Positions 1 to 10,243 are shown, counted from the stretch's first letter. The stretch is DNA of 64,000 bases from a candidate division WOR-3 bacterium 4484_18 (GCA_002256535.1 NMUJ01000007.1:3648-67647); one strand, 5' to 3'. Program-made: numbers and translations. Notes: generated by a model from the letters alone, not told the origin.

Positions 1-289
1 TCTCCTTTTCTATCCATCGCAATAATTTAGGTCTCGCCTTACCACCGGTAAGTTGCCTAACCCCCAAAAGCCTCAGTATCCGCAGCAGGTCGAGCGACTC
101 AGTAAAACACACATCCTTAACAACGAGTAACGAATCATCATACGCATAGTAAGCACCAGGTTTGGGTGTCAAAACCACCGGTTCGTATCCATATTCAAGG
201 AGGTATTTCTCAAACCTCACCACCCTATGTACACCTGATAACCCCAATGGCGGGTGATAGTAAGCGATCAACAACACCCTACGCATCAT
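1..289 (-). CDS. Glycosyltransferase (GT-B/GT4-like) N-terminal fragment; the gene continues beyond the window start
   Basis: Minus-strand reading frame from ATG at 289-287 with no stop before position 1 (MMRRVLLIAYYHPPLGLSGVHRVVRFEKYLLEYGYEPVVLTPKPGAYYAYDDS...). This resembles the start of GT4 glycosyltransferases. It is absent from the ORF track because it is cut by the window edge. Confidence 0.4.
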   Translation of the reverse strand, partial: MMRRVLLIAYYHPPLGLSGVHRVVRFEKYLLEYGYEPVVLTPKPGAYYAYDDSLLVVKDVCFTESLDLLRILRLLGVRQLTGGKARPKLLRWIEKE

Positions 290-2352
290 TTTGTAACCGC
301 GAGCTTACCCCGTACCCAACGTCCATCAGCCAACTTAACAACAACTTGATATACCCCCACCGGTATAGTATCTAACCCCTTTACATGTATTATTGGGGAA
401 TCACCCTGTCCAGCAACAGAATATATTAACCTTCCACTCAACGTGTATAGATACATGGTTTGCCACACGTAAGGGGTGACAATCGTCAACGTACTGTGTT
501 TACCCACAACAAAAGGATTAGGATATATTTCAACTTTCGTAACCTCCCAGGTTGGTGACAACGTAACCTTTGATATACCCCCACGTGTGGGTATCCATAT
601 TGAAAACCTCTCATTATCCCATACGATATCACGTGTGAAGTCCACATATTCCGAAGCCACCAACCCATCACCTGTTGTGTAATTGATGAGCTCACCCGAA
701 CTTGGGTTAAGTACACTCACACCCTGCATGTTAACCAGCATCCAGATTCTACCTTCCCAATCTTCCTCCAATGCCAGTATGTCATTGCTCGGTAGCTCAC
801 TATTAGTTGAGCTATATTCATCAATCACCCTACCATCCCTTATCCGGAATACACCCGCACGTGTAGCCACCCATATATCACCAGCCCTATCACATATGAT
901 GTCCGTAACCCATGTAGTAGGTAGTAGGTCACTCAGTACTTCAAGCTCCCCATCTTTATGTATGCATGCAATACCATACATGTGGCTACCTACCCACACA
1001 TTTCCATAGCAATCTTTGGCAAACGCACCGGGTGTAACAAATTGCCACGTGTTGATAACTGAATCATCCGCAATCTCAAAGATATATCCACCATTTGTAC
1101 CCACCCACAGGTGATCATTTGCATCCACGTACATACCCCAAACTATATTTGAGCCACTACCCGGTAAATAGAACTTTTTTAAGGAATCGCCCCTCGGTAT
1201 GTATTTTACTAACCCTACATCACCACCCCAAAAGCTTATCCATAAATTACCTTTACTATCACTCACGATATACCTTGCACGCTTAATTGCAGCTTCCCCC
1301 TCAAGATAATGCGCATAATACCATTTACCCTTTACCTCATATATTCGGGTGATAGCAGGCTCCCATGCCGTAAAATGTACCGCCCATATGTCACCGTTGG
1401 GGCTCAACGCTATACTGCTTGTGATATTGCTTACCATCGATGTGGGGAAACTATCCTTCAACAACGTATCCGTTGTCCAAGCTACCAACCCACATCTGAA
1501 GCTACCCACCCACACCACGCTATCTAAAATTATCAAACGACCCTGCCCCCTCGGTGCATAAAGTAACGGCGTAAGTGATGGCCACCATGTACCGTTCCAC
1601 TTTTTAACCCCCCACCTCGTAGAAGCTAACAGCAAGGTATCACCCTTACAGAAATCGAGCACCCCCGGATATGCATTCACAAGTTGCGAACTTCCCCTTA
1701 CATACATCACTATTCCAGAGTCTGTACCTATCCACAAGGTATCTTTACACCACTCTAATGCCGTAATCCCAGCTTCCCTAACTTCACCCGGTAGCTCCGT
1801 CTTTGGTATCACATGCCAGCTGTTACCTTCAACATCCGTTATACCGATACCGTCTTCTGTACAGAACCACAACGAACCGTCATGATAATAAACACGTAAT
1901 ACTTTGTTACCCAACGCTACAGGTAGATTCCAATAGCTTATCCTCTCAATATTAGATAGGTTAGCAGTAAGCTCTAATACCGTGACAGGTGCATCATCCT
2001 CAGTAGCTATCCACACTTTTCTACCTACTACTACTATTGAAGAGAACCTGTCACTTTGTGGTAACCCCTGTGCGTTCGTGTAACTGTACGATATACCATG
2101 CGTGAATATTACCAACCCCTTACTACGTGTAAGACACCACACCCCAACCGAATCCACAAATATATCCTGTACGTTATTTTCGGTGAGCCCATCCACATTT
2201 GTTAAACGTTGTAACCCATCCGTATCAGGGTCATAAATTACCACACCACCCTCAGTTGCCGCATAAATACAAGGTTCGTAATAAAAAATATCATTCACTT
2301 TATAAGTAGATAGGAAGCTCTCCCAGACGATCCCCAATACAAACAATATCAT
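286..2352 (-). CDS. Secreted beta-propeller repeat protein with a C-terminal T9SS-type (Por secretion) sorting domain
   Basis: 688 aa with an N-terminal hydrophobic signal-like segment. It carries repeated W/G-rich propeller-like blades (WIGT, WVGT, WFCTEDG motifs) as in two-component-regulator propeller / Y_Y_Y repeat proteins. The last ~80 aa (IYPNPFVVGKHSTLTI...VYQVVVKLADGRWVRGKLAVTK) match the T9SS CTD / FlgD-Ig-like pattern. Confidence 0.5.
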   Translation of the reverse strand: MILFVLGIVWESFLSTYKVNDIFYYEPCIYAATEGGVVIYDPDTDGLQRLTNVDGLTENNVQDIFVDSVGVWCLTRSKGLVIFTHGISYSYTNAQGLPQSDRFSSIVVVGRKVWIATEDDAPVTVLELTANLSNIERISYWNLPVALGNKVLRVYYHDGSLWFCTEDGIGITDVEGNSWHVIPKTELPGEVREAGITALEWCKDTLWIGTDSGIVMYVRGSSQLVNAYPGVLDFCKGDTLLLASTRWGVKKWNGTWWPSLTPLLYAPRGQGRLIILDSVVWVGSFRCGLVAWTTDTLLKDSFPTSMVSNITSSIALSPNGDIWAVHFTAWEPAITRIYEVKGKWYYAHYLEGEAAIKRARYIVSDSKGNLWISFWGGDVGLVKYIPRGDSLKKFYLPGSGSNIVWGMYVDANDHLWVGTNGGYIFEIADDSVINTWQFVTPGAFAKDCYGNVWVGSHMYGIACIHKDGELEVLSDLLPTTWVTDIICDRAGDIWVATRAGVFRIRDGRVIDEYSSTNSELPSNDILALEEDWEGRIWMLVNMQGVSVLNPSSGELINYTTGDGLVASEYVDFTRDIVWDNERFSIWIPTRGGISKVTLSPTWEVTKVEIYPNPFVVGKHSTLTIVTPYVWQTMYLYTLSGRLIYSVAGQGDSPIIHVKGLDTIPVGVYQVVVKLADGRWVRGKLAVTK

Positions 2353-2741
2353 TTACCTACCCTGTTACGTATGAATTCTATCACCTGCTCTTTATTATCA
2401 CTAAACCTCACGTACATACCACGAAAGTTTTCCAACCTGTTGGGTTCATCAAACGGGCTAAGCAATACACCATATTTATCAACATAGTAGCTCTTGATCG
2501 ACTCCCAGCGCTTGAATTGTGTCACAAAGAACCCCTTTTTATAGACACCCCTGTCATCCATCACATAGGTGGTTGGCAAAAAATACGACAATATATTTAC
2601 AACAACCAAAAACGTACCAAATAATGTCCACCACACTCCCCACGTATAGTAAAGACCGACCGCCAAAACCACAATAAAAGCTATTAAATACGCTGTTTTA
2701 CGTGGCTCCTCCTTAGCGGGTAACGACCGCCATTCTATCAT
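2349..2741 (-). CDS. Small hypothetical membrane protein
   Basis: 130 aa with two hydrophobic helices (LIAFIVVLAVGLYY, LFGTFLVVVNILSYF) followed by a soluble tail. It overlaps the upstream and downstream genes by 4 nt each, which looks operon-like. No recognisable family. Confidence 0.35.
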   Translation of the reverse strand: MIEWRSLPAKEEPRKTAYLIAFIVVLAVGLYYTWGVWWTLFGTFLVVVNILSYFLPTTYVMDDRGVYKKGFFVTQFKRWESIKSYYVDKYGVLLSPFDEPNRLENFRGMYVRFSDNKEQVIEFIRNRVGK

Positions 2742-3844
2742 AACTTAAGTTTATCAAACTCAGGTTTCAACATCCCATAGATTTTATCGAGTGCCGCTGA
2801 TACCACCTTTGTATCACCAATCACTGGCATAAAGTTGGTATCCCCCAACCACCTTGGCACAATATGCACATGTATATGGTCGACCACACCCGCACCTGCC
2901 ACTTTACCCACATTTATACCGATGTTGAACCCATGGGGATGCATCACCTTACGCAATATCTCCACAGAGGCTTGCACCAAACGCCCAACCTCCACCAGCT
3001 CTTCTGTAGTCAACTCTCTCAGTTCACCTATGTGACGTGTAGGTGCTACCATCAAATGTCCGTTATTATAAGGGAAGATATTCATGACAACAAAAGCCCA
3101 TTCACTACAATACAGTACATAGCTTTTGCCCATATTTTTGAGCGCCTCACAAAATATGCATCCCCCCTTACGTGGCCCCGTTATATACTCTACACGCCAA
3201 GGTGCCCACAACCTATGTGGTGCAGTTGTCAACAGCTTTTCAGTTGTCTTAAAATGTAACTTCGCCACCCTACCCAATGCGTGTTCACCCTTTGTTAAAA
3301 CAAATTCCTTACCTACCAGCTCCACTTCTGTAGAGGCACCCTTGGGTAACACCACACCTTCGCTTTCCGATAATTTATTTAGTTGCTCCAAAAATGTAGC
3401 ACGTGCCAAAAGTGACGCCAGCATCACCGCAAGCTCCTCCTCCCCATGTGGATGTATCACCAACGGTACCTCTTTCGGGAAATACGTTTTTATAAAATCT
3501 GGATCCGCAAACTGATCTATCACTATACGGTCGCAACTACCTACACTGTTAAGTAGCTTCATCACAACCCTACTATGTAGCCATGCCAAGATATGGTTGA
3601 GATTAGGTGTCCTACTATAGAGCTTATTGTATTCCGTAGGCGCCAGATAGCATATCTCATGTACACACAAATTTTTAATCTCTTCGCTCAAGTATATAGC
3701 TTGTGCATCGGTTACCTTTTTGCTCTCCTTTATCGGTAATTTCTCCAGTTCTGGTAGCTTCTCGTCATCCAAAAATACTGCCGCAACTGCTAATCCACCA
3801 AAATAGTCTCCCTTACCAGCTTCGTCGCTACCTATCCACCTCAT
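2738..3844 (-). CDS. RNase HIII/HII-like nuclease domain fused to a HIT-family (HxHxHxx) nucleotide hydrolase domain
   Basis: The N-terminal ~200 aa contain IGSDEAGKGDYFGGLAVAAV, the RNase HIII-type DE(A/S)GKGDYFGP catalytic motif. The C-terminal ~165 aa contain LWAPWRVEYI...CIFC...HIHVHIVPRW, an Ap4A-hydrolase-like HIT domain with the histidine triad. It is a single uninterrupted 368-aa ORF. Confidence 0.6.
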   Translation of the reverse strand: MRWIGSDEAGKGDYFGGLAVAAVFLDDEKLPELEKLPIKESKKVTDAQAIYLSEEIKNLCVHEICYLAPTEYNKLYSRTPNLNHILAWLHSRVVMKLLNSVGSCDRIVIDQFADPDFIKTYFPKEVPLVIHPHGEEELAVMLASLLARATFLEQLNKLSESEGVVLPKGASTEVELVGKEFVLTKGEHALGRVAKLHFKTTEKLLTTAPHRLWAPWRVEYITGPRKGGCIFCEALKNMGKSYVLYCSEWAFVVMNIFPYNNGHLMVAPTRHIGELRELTTEELVEVGRLVQASVEILRKVMHPHGFNIGINVGKVAGAGVVDHIHVHIVPRWLGDTNFMPVIGDTKVVSAALDKIYGMLKPEFDKLKL

Positions 3845-6022
3845 TTTGTAACTATGTTTATAAGCTTTTTAGGTACCACGATGATACGTTTCACCTGCTT
3901 ACCCATAATATGTTGCCGTATTTTGGGATGTTCCAGTGCCATCTTACGTATATCGTCTTCTGTCACATCAAACGATACCTGCAGACGTGCCCTAAGCTTA
4001 CCATCAACCTGCACCGGTATCTCAATTTCTGGTAGGTATACTTTCCCTGGATCATACTGAGGCCAACTTGCGTGGAAAATAGATCCCTCACCTCCAATCT
4101 TATGCCATAACTCTTCCGCCAAATACGGTGCAAATGGTGCGATCAGCTTCACCAACGTATAAAGCCCATAACCGAGCGTCTCGTCCTTCCCAGACTTATA
4201 GAATTCATTGACAAGTTCCATCAATGTCGCTATCGCAGTATTATAGTGGAAATGTTCAATATCCTCCGTAACCTTCTTTATCGTGTAGTTAATCCTACGC
4301 AATAATATACTATCATTAGCTGGTACATTCTCCGTGATTATATCGGTGTTCTCCGTCACAATCCTATAGACTCGGTCAAGGAACCGCCGTGCACCTTCAA
4401 CTACACGTTCGCTCCATATACCTTCTTTTTCCGGTGGCCCCAGAAACAGCACCCCCACACGTGCAACGTCTGCACCCACCAAATATTTCGTTATCGTTAT
4501 GTGGATCGGTATATCGCAGTTGATACCAAGACGAATCCACGAACGTATCCATCGTATCAGGGTCACGCTTTGCATCCCCTCCACACTGTGGACACTTTGT
4601 ATTTATAAATTCAGGTACCGACTCAAGTGGCGATTTACCTTTAGGAGCGTAATCTACCACTTCAGGTAATTTCACCGGCAACTCTTCCTCCGGTACAGGT
4701 ACCACACCACAACGTGGACAATGTACCATAGGGATTGGTGCACCCCAATAACGTTGCCTCGACACAAGCCAATCCCTAAGATGGAATTGCACCTCCCCAC
4801 CACCCAACCCCATCACCTTGAGCTCATCCGCCACTGCCCAAATACCATCTTCAGATGTAAGCCCCGTAAATTTATCAGATTCTACCATCACCCCATACTC
4901 TTCATAAGCTTTATCGAGCGGTTCACTTAATTCACCATCTACGGGTTTAATCACTACCTTTATCGGTAAGCCATACTTTTTAGCAAACTCAAAATCACGT
5001 TGATCATGTGCAGGTACACCCATTACGATACCTGTCCCGTACGTAGCAAGCACATAATCACATACATAGATCGGAATACGTTCACCCGTAAACGGATGTA
5101 CCGCATATAGGCCTGTGAATACCCCAGTCTTTTCGCGTTCACGTGATGTACGCTCTATTTCCGAAATCCTAAGCGACCTCTCGATATATTGGTGAACCTC
5201 CTCGCTTAAGGGTAAGCCCTCCAATATCTCATGTTCTGGTGCTATCGCAATAAATGTTACCCCAAACACAGTATCAGCACGCGTTGTAAACACCGGTAAC
5301 TGTTTATCGAACTCTGGTAGCTTAAACACGATACGTACACCCTCGCTCTTGCCGAGCCAATTTCGTTGCAGGTTTATCACCTCATCAGGCCATTTACCTT
5401 CGAGATACTTCAGGTCATCCAGCAACCTCTCCGCATATGCGGTAATTTTGAAGAACCATTGGGTTAACTTACGTTTAACCACAAGGCTGCTACAACGCCA
5501 ACATTTGCCATCACTTACCTGTTCGTTAGCTAACACTGTCTGACACCTTGGGCACCAGTTCACATATGCAGGTTTACGATAGGCCAACCCTCTCTTGTAA
5601 AGTAGAAGGAATATCCATTGCGTCCATTTGTAGTACTCCGGTTCGCACGTCAGCACCTCACGTGTCCAATCATAACTTATACCCATGAGTCGATAGCTTT
5701 CACGTGATATCTCGATATTCTTCATTGTCCAATCTCTTGGGTGTATACCATGCCGTATTGCTGCATTCTCTGCGGGTAGGCCAAACGCATCCCAACCCAC
5801 CGGATGCAACACCTGATACCCCTGCATCATTTTATACCGGGTTAGCACATCACCCAACACATAGTTACGTAGATGCCCTATGTGTAAGTCACCTGATGGA
5901 TACGCGAACATCTCCAGTACGTAGAATTTTCTGGCCGGATCCGGTCTATCCGTAGTTCTATAAATACCCTGGGTCTCCCACCACTTACGCCATCTATCCT
6001 CTATTTCATGAATCGGGTACAT
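3841..6022 (-). pseudogene. leuS: Leucyl-tRNA synthetase, disrupted by an internal deletion of ~105 codons (losing the KMSKS region) plus a frameshift near 4486-4490
   Basis: ORF 4397..6022 encodes the LeuRS N-terminus (HIGH motif as PSGDLHIGHLRNY, editing domain, DTFVDSSWYQLRY). ORF 3841..4584 encodes the C-terminus (YLVGADVARVGVLFLGPPEKEG...KLRARL). Manual translation shows the frames join at gataacgaaatatttggtggg. Only ~10 codons separate SSWYQLRY from GADVAR, versus ~125 in E. coli LeuRS, and no KMSKS is present in any frame. Confidence 0.7.
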
Positions 6023-6046
6023 CGAATTTATAACTAAAACTACAGA

Positions 6047-6658
6047 TTAAGGGTTGAAGTCAACCCACCATTTCTTGCCTTTTGTGAGTTCACACAGTTT
6101 TACCACATTCTTACCGACCAATGTTGCATAATGTACCGCTTCACGATCTTTTGTAACATCCTCAAACCCTATCGAGTATGTAAACCCATACGGTGGGAAT
6201 AACAGACCCATATCGTTAAGTGTACCCATCAACCCCAATATAGTTTGCATCGCACCATCCTCCGTACCGGTTACGACTATGCCACCAACTTTACCATCGA
6301 GTAACTTACCTTCGTTCTCAAGCGCTGTTAGCCTATCTATGAGGTTCTTCATCATCCCTGACATCGCGTACCAGTACACTGGGGTGACGAAAATCAAGAT
6401 ATCCGCCTCCAATATCTTTTCAAATATCCAAACCATATCATCACGCAGATCGTCCGATGTACATGTGCGGCGGGTACATTTTTTCGGATCTTCCGACCCA
6501 CACCCCTTACATGGATGGATATCGCAATCTACAAGATGTAAGATTTCCACTTCATAACCACTTTCTTCTATTGTTTCAATCACCACACGAGCTAATTCCA
6601 TGGTTATACCATCTTTACGAGGTGACCCATTTATAACAAGCGCTTTACCCATTGTCAC
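6047..6658 (-). CDS. Iron-sulfur flavoprotein / NADPH-dependent FMN reductase (flavodoxin-like fold)
   Basis: 203 aa. N-terminal LVINGSPRKDG...PVYWYAMSGMMKNLIDR is typical of NADPH-dependent FMN reductase / Isf. A compact Cys cluster (CDIHPCKGCGSEDPKKCTRRTC) resembles Isf 4Fe-4S ligands. Confidence 0.55.
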   Translation of the reverse strand: MTMGKALVINGSPRKDGITMELARVVIETIEESGYEVEILHLVDCDIHPCKGCGSEDPKKCTRRTCTSDDLRDDMVWIFEKILEADILIFVTPVYWYAMSGMMKNLIDRLTALENEGKLLDGKVGGIVVTGTEDGAMQTILGLMGTLNDMGLLFPPYGFTYSIGFEDVTKDREAVHYATLVGKNVVKLCELTKGKKWWVDFNP

Positions 6659-6696
6659 CTCCCACTTTCACGGTAATATTATCAATAAGCCTTGCC

Positions 6697-7301
6697 TTAC
6701 CGAGATATGCAGCAATAGCTATAAGGGCTTCCCTGTTCCACAAGGTTTTTGGCCAACAATAGCGATTGATAAATAGCAGGTGCTACCTTACGTTCTTCCT
6801 CAGTAAGATATTCGTTTCTTGAGCTCATCGCCAGTCCATCTGGTTCACGTACGGTGGGCCCCACGATTATTTTGACGGGAAAGTTAAGGTCACGCACCAT
6901 CCGTTTTATTATTATTGCCTGTTGTGCATCTTTCTCACCAAATACTGCAATATCTGGCATAACGATATTGACTTCACCTCGACATATGTGGTAAACCCCT
7001 TAGGATACAGGTCATCAACCGATGGGTAAAACATTATATCTACCCCCATCTTCTCAAGTATCTCTTTGTCACGCTTAATATCCCTGGGATATCTATCGTA
7101 ATCTTCACTTGGTCCAAACTGAATGGGGTTGACAAATATACTCACAACCACAATATCAGCATGCTTGCGTGCTATATTTATAAGAGAAGTATGTCCCTCA
7201 TGCAGATACCCCATAGTGGGTACGAACCCCACCGTCTTACCCCGTCTTTTATATTCAAGCGATAGTCGCTGCATATCTTCTAACCGTGTCACGATCCTCA
7301 T
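6697..7301 (-). pseudogene. panC: Pantoate--beta-alanine ligase, disrupted by an internal deletion of ~26 codons plus a frameshift around 6960-6975
   Basis: ORF 6912..7301 encodes the PanC N-terminus ([18 protein letters not shown]). ORF 6697..6960 encodes the C-terminus ([13 protein letters not shown]...AMSSRN). Only ~17 nt separate YVEV from [10 protein letters not shown], versus ~32 codons in E. coli PanC. The conserved RPGHFRGV segment is absent in all frames. Confidence 0.65.
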
Positions 7302-7752
7302 CGCTGAGCTCCTTCACTAACTCATACACTGTTTTCTTAAGAACGGGATGCACCAAATTAGGTGCTATATCAGCCAGCGGTATCAACACAAACGGCCGTA
7401 CATGTAAATATGGGTGTGGTATCTTAAGTTCAGGTGTATCGAGTATCAATTCATCGTAAAATAAGATGTCAATATCTATCTCACGTGGCCCCCAACGTGG
7501 TGACGGTTGACGTCCTACCCGTTGTTCTATCGCTTTTATCTCACGAAGAAGTAACAATGGTGCAAGCTCCGTCACCATCCTTATCACAGCGTTTAAAAAT
7601 CGTGGTTGTACCATCTGACCCCATGCTTCTGTCTCATAAACTGGCGATATTGTGATTAGTTTTCCTACTTTGTGAAGCTCACCTATTGCACGTTTAAGAT
7701 AGATTAACCTTTCCCCTTTGTTCGATCCTAACCCCAGATATACTTCATTCAC
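7255..7752 (-). CDS. folK: 2-amino-4-hydroxy-6-hydroxymethyldihydropteridine pyrophosphokinase (HPPK)
   Basis: 165 aa (VYLGLGSNKGERL...PREIDIDILFYDE...PHPYLHVRPFVLIPL). Canonical HPPK motifs and length. Confidence 0.8.
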   Translation of the reverse strand: MNEVYLGLGSNKGERLIYLKRAIGELHKVGKLITISPVYETEAWGQMVQPRFLNAVIRMVTELAPLLLLREIKAIEQRVGRQPSPRWGPREIDIDILFYDELILDTPELKIPHPYLHVRPFVLIPLADIAPNLVHPVLKKTVYELVKELSDEDRDTVRRYAATIA

Positions 7753-8767
7753 TACCCAATTCTTTGGCTTTGTTCATATCCTGGATAGATGCATCCTTAT
7801 TACCTAACTTCCAATGTATACCCGATCGTATAGTATAATACTCTGCTTTGTTGGGGTTTATCTCGATTGCTTTCGAAATCGCATCGAGCGCCTTCTCGTA
7901 ATTCTCCGCCTGTATACACATCACTGCCAGCAGATACCAAGCCTCTTCATCGTCGGGGTTAAGCTCTGTAGCTTTCGCAAACTCTTCTATAGCCTTATCG
8001 TATTGTTTAAGCTGTGCGTAAAGGTTACCCAAGTTGTAATAGGTATCGCTATTGTTAGGGTTAAGCCTGAGCGACTCCTCAAAATACACTATGGCACTAT
8101 CAGCATACTCTTTATCTTGTGTATCATTGTATTTATTTGCATAGATAACACCCATGAAGTAATGTGCATCTCCACTGGTGTCGATTGCTATCCACTTCCT
8201 AAGTATAGAGAGAGCTTCGTCCCATTTCTTCTCTCTTGTGTAGCGATTAACCAGTATTTCCGCAGACTTCGATATCCATTCCGCTCGTGGGGAGTGTTCA
8301 ATTATCCCTATGAGAGTGGATTCAGCAAGCGCCTCTTCACCACCCTGCAGGTATGCTTGTGCTAGGTAAAAATGTGCTGAGAACGAGTCAGGTTCTAACT
8401 CTATAGCGCGTTTAAACCGCTCTATCGCCTTATCCCACTCCTTTTCGTTGAAACACAGAGCACCAGCGTTGAAATATACACCCCAATAGAAGCCAATATC
8501 TTTCTCCATATCCTTAAATGCATATGCTGAATCGAGCTCTATAGCGTGCTCCCATGCATCACTTGCATTCAGATATTCTTTCTTCATAGCATACGCACGA
8601 CCCAACCACATGTAAGCGTCAGCGTTCGGGTTCTCGCTAATCTCGAGTTGAAACTGTTCGATCGCCTTATCCCAGTTCTGTTGTTGCATGTAAACCTTAC
8701 CACCGGTCATATGTTCAGATGCACACCCAACGATTAACAGGCTTAAAAGAATAGGCCAGCGCTTCAT
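7745..8767 (-). CDS. TPR-repeat lipoprotein
   Basis: 340 aa with a lipoprotein signal (LLSLLIVGCASE), then repeated 34-aa units with the W-LG-Y / A-F-A-L TPR pattern. Confidence 0.55.
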   Translation of the reverse strand: MKRWPILLSLLIVGCASEHMTGGKVYMQQQNWDKAIEQFQLEISENPNADAYMWLGRAYAMKKEYLNASDAWEHAIELDSAYAFKDMEKDIGFYWGVYFNAGALCFNEKEWDKAIERFKRAIELEPDSFSAHFYLAQAYLQGGEEALAESTLIGIIEHSPRAEWISKSAEILVNRYTREKKWDEALSILRKWIAIDTSGDAHYFMGVIYANKYNDTQDKEYADSAIVYFEESLRLNPNNSDTYYNLGNLYAQLKQYDKAIEEFAKATELNPDDEEAWYLLAVMCIQAENYEKALDAISKAIEINPNKAEYYTIRSGIHWKLGNKDASIQDMNKAKELGSE

Positions 8768-8869
8768 TCTACCCCCTTCTGGATTTAAAATACCTGTAAA
8801 TCTTAGGTGTCAACATACTTCACAATATATGGGAACCGAATCCATCTGGCACATAGCTTCGATCCACAG

Positions 8870-10243
8870 TTAAGCTACACACTTTCTGTAAGTAAGTTGT
8901 ATCATTATCACGAGCAATGACACCACAACCCCAGGTATGAACCCATGTATCCCATATGGATTTCTTAGTATAAGCCATACCAATGAGGTGACAAACCCAC
9001 CCAGCATCGAATATATCACACGTATACGGTAGGGTTCCCTCATGTATATACCAAAAATTAATGGAAACAATGTAATAGACGCAACCACTGCCCATGCGAA
9101 TGCACACAGTGTAAGCACAAGAGCGGGCGGCTTAAGCGCGATACCTAATGAGATCAGCCCTATCATTACACTCCATAACCTACCATGTAGGAGACCCCTT
9201 TCTTTGTAACGTACAAGATCCTTTACGATGCTGCTGGATAGTATTATCAAGATCGCAGAGAAAGTCGACATCCCTGCAGCTATAACACCCACAAGAAATA
9301 TGGCCTCACCAAACGGGCTAAGAACCAGTTTAACCAAACTTGGTATCGCCAAATCTGGTGACTTTAAGTGTGGAAATAATATACGAGCTATCGTACCGTT
9401 AAAATATGGAAGCACTGCCATACTGCAGCCCAAAGTTGCTAATATGGCACCCACACGTATGAGTTCCTTGCGTTTAATTGAATAAAATCGTACAATAAGT
9501 TGTGGCATGCCCCACACCCCGAGACTCACCACTAATGCGAACGAAAACAACCCCTTAGCTCCCCATATCCCAGGGGTGGTGACTAATCCCTCATTTATAA
9601 GGCGCAACTTCTCATGTACGATGGTGACCCCACCCGTATATCGTAGTGCCATCCCCGTAATCATAACGAGTGCCACCATCATTATAATAGCTTGTACGAA
9701 ACCAGTCCATACCACTGCAAAGTAACCACCAAGTACCACATAAATAAGGATTATCAAACCCGATAATATTACACCCACCCAGTACGGCATATCCATAAGC
9801 ACTTCAAATGAATGTCCCATACCTTTGAGGATACTCACGTTGTAGACTATCATAAACAGCACGATGACAATAGCGGAGAATATCTTTGCCATCTCACTGT
9901 TGTATAATTTACCGAGGAAATCTGGCAACGTAATACTATTGTAACGATGTGTCAACTCGCGTATACGTTCACCAAGCAATATCCAACATAACGTGCCACC
10001 AAACAGCACGTTGAATGCACCTATCCATATGGTGGCCATCCCGTATTTATAGCCATAGCCCGCACCTCCCACAATTACGACTGATGAAAAATAAGCTGCT
10101 ACATATGAGAGTGCAGTCACCCACACTCCTATACGACGGCCACCAAGATAATAATCTTCATCACCCTTTGTACGTTTATGCCATAATAATCCGATTACCA
10201 ATAACAATCCAAGGTATAAGCAAAGTACAACCACATATATCAT
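8870..10243 (-). CDS. Sodium:solute symporter (SSS) family transporter (PanF/PutP-like)
   Basis: 457 aa with ~12-13 predicted TM helices. N-terminal DYYLGGRRIG and the following GGAGYGYKYG region are typical of SSS family members. Confidence 0.7.
   Translation of the reverse strand: MIYVVVLCLYLGLLLVIGLLWHKRTKGDEDYYLGGRRIGVWVTALSYVAAYFSSVVIVGGAGYGYKYGMATIWIGAFNVLFGGTLCWILLGERIRELTHRYNSITLPDFLGKLYNSEMAKIFSAIVIVLFMIVYNVSILKGMGHSFEVLMDMPYWVGVILSGLIILIYVVLGGYFAVVWTGFVQAIIMMVALVMITGMALRYTGGVTIVHEKLRLINEGLVTTPGIWGAKGLFSFALVVSLGVWGMPQLIVRFYSIKRKELIRVGAILATLGCSMAVLPYFNGTIARILFPHLKSPDLAIPSLVKLVLSPFGEAIFLVGVIAAGMSTFSAILIILSSSIVKDLVRYKERGLLHGRLWSVMIGLISLGIALKPPALVLTLCAFAWAVVASITLFPLIFGIYMREPYRIRVIYSMLGGFVTSLVWLILRNPYGIHGFIPGVVVSLLVIMIQLTYRKCVA

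Noticed and set aside
166-375. 69-aa plus-strand ORF at the window start
   Set aside because: It overlaps the start of the minus-strand glycosyltransferase fragment and the end of the 688-aa propeller gene, and there is no RBS or recognisable product.
8820-9107. 95-aa minus-strand ORF overlapping the end of the SSS transporter gene
   Set aside because: It is out of frame with, and nested in, a well-supported membrane-transporter ORF, with no independent signal.
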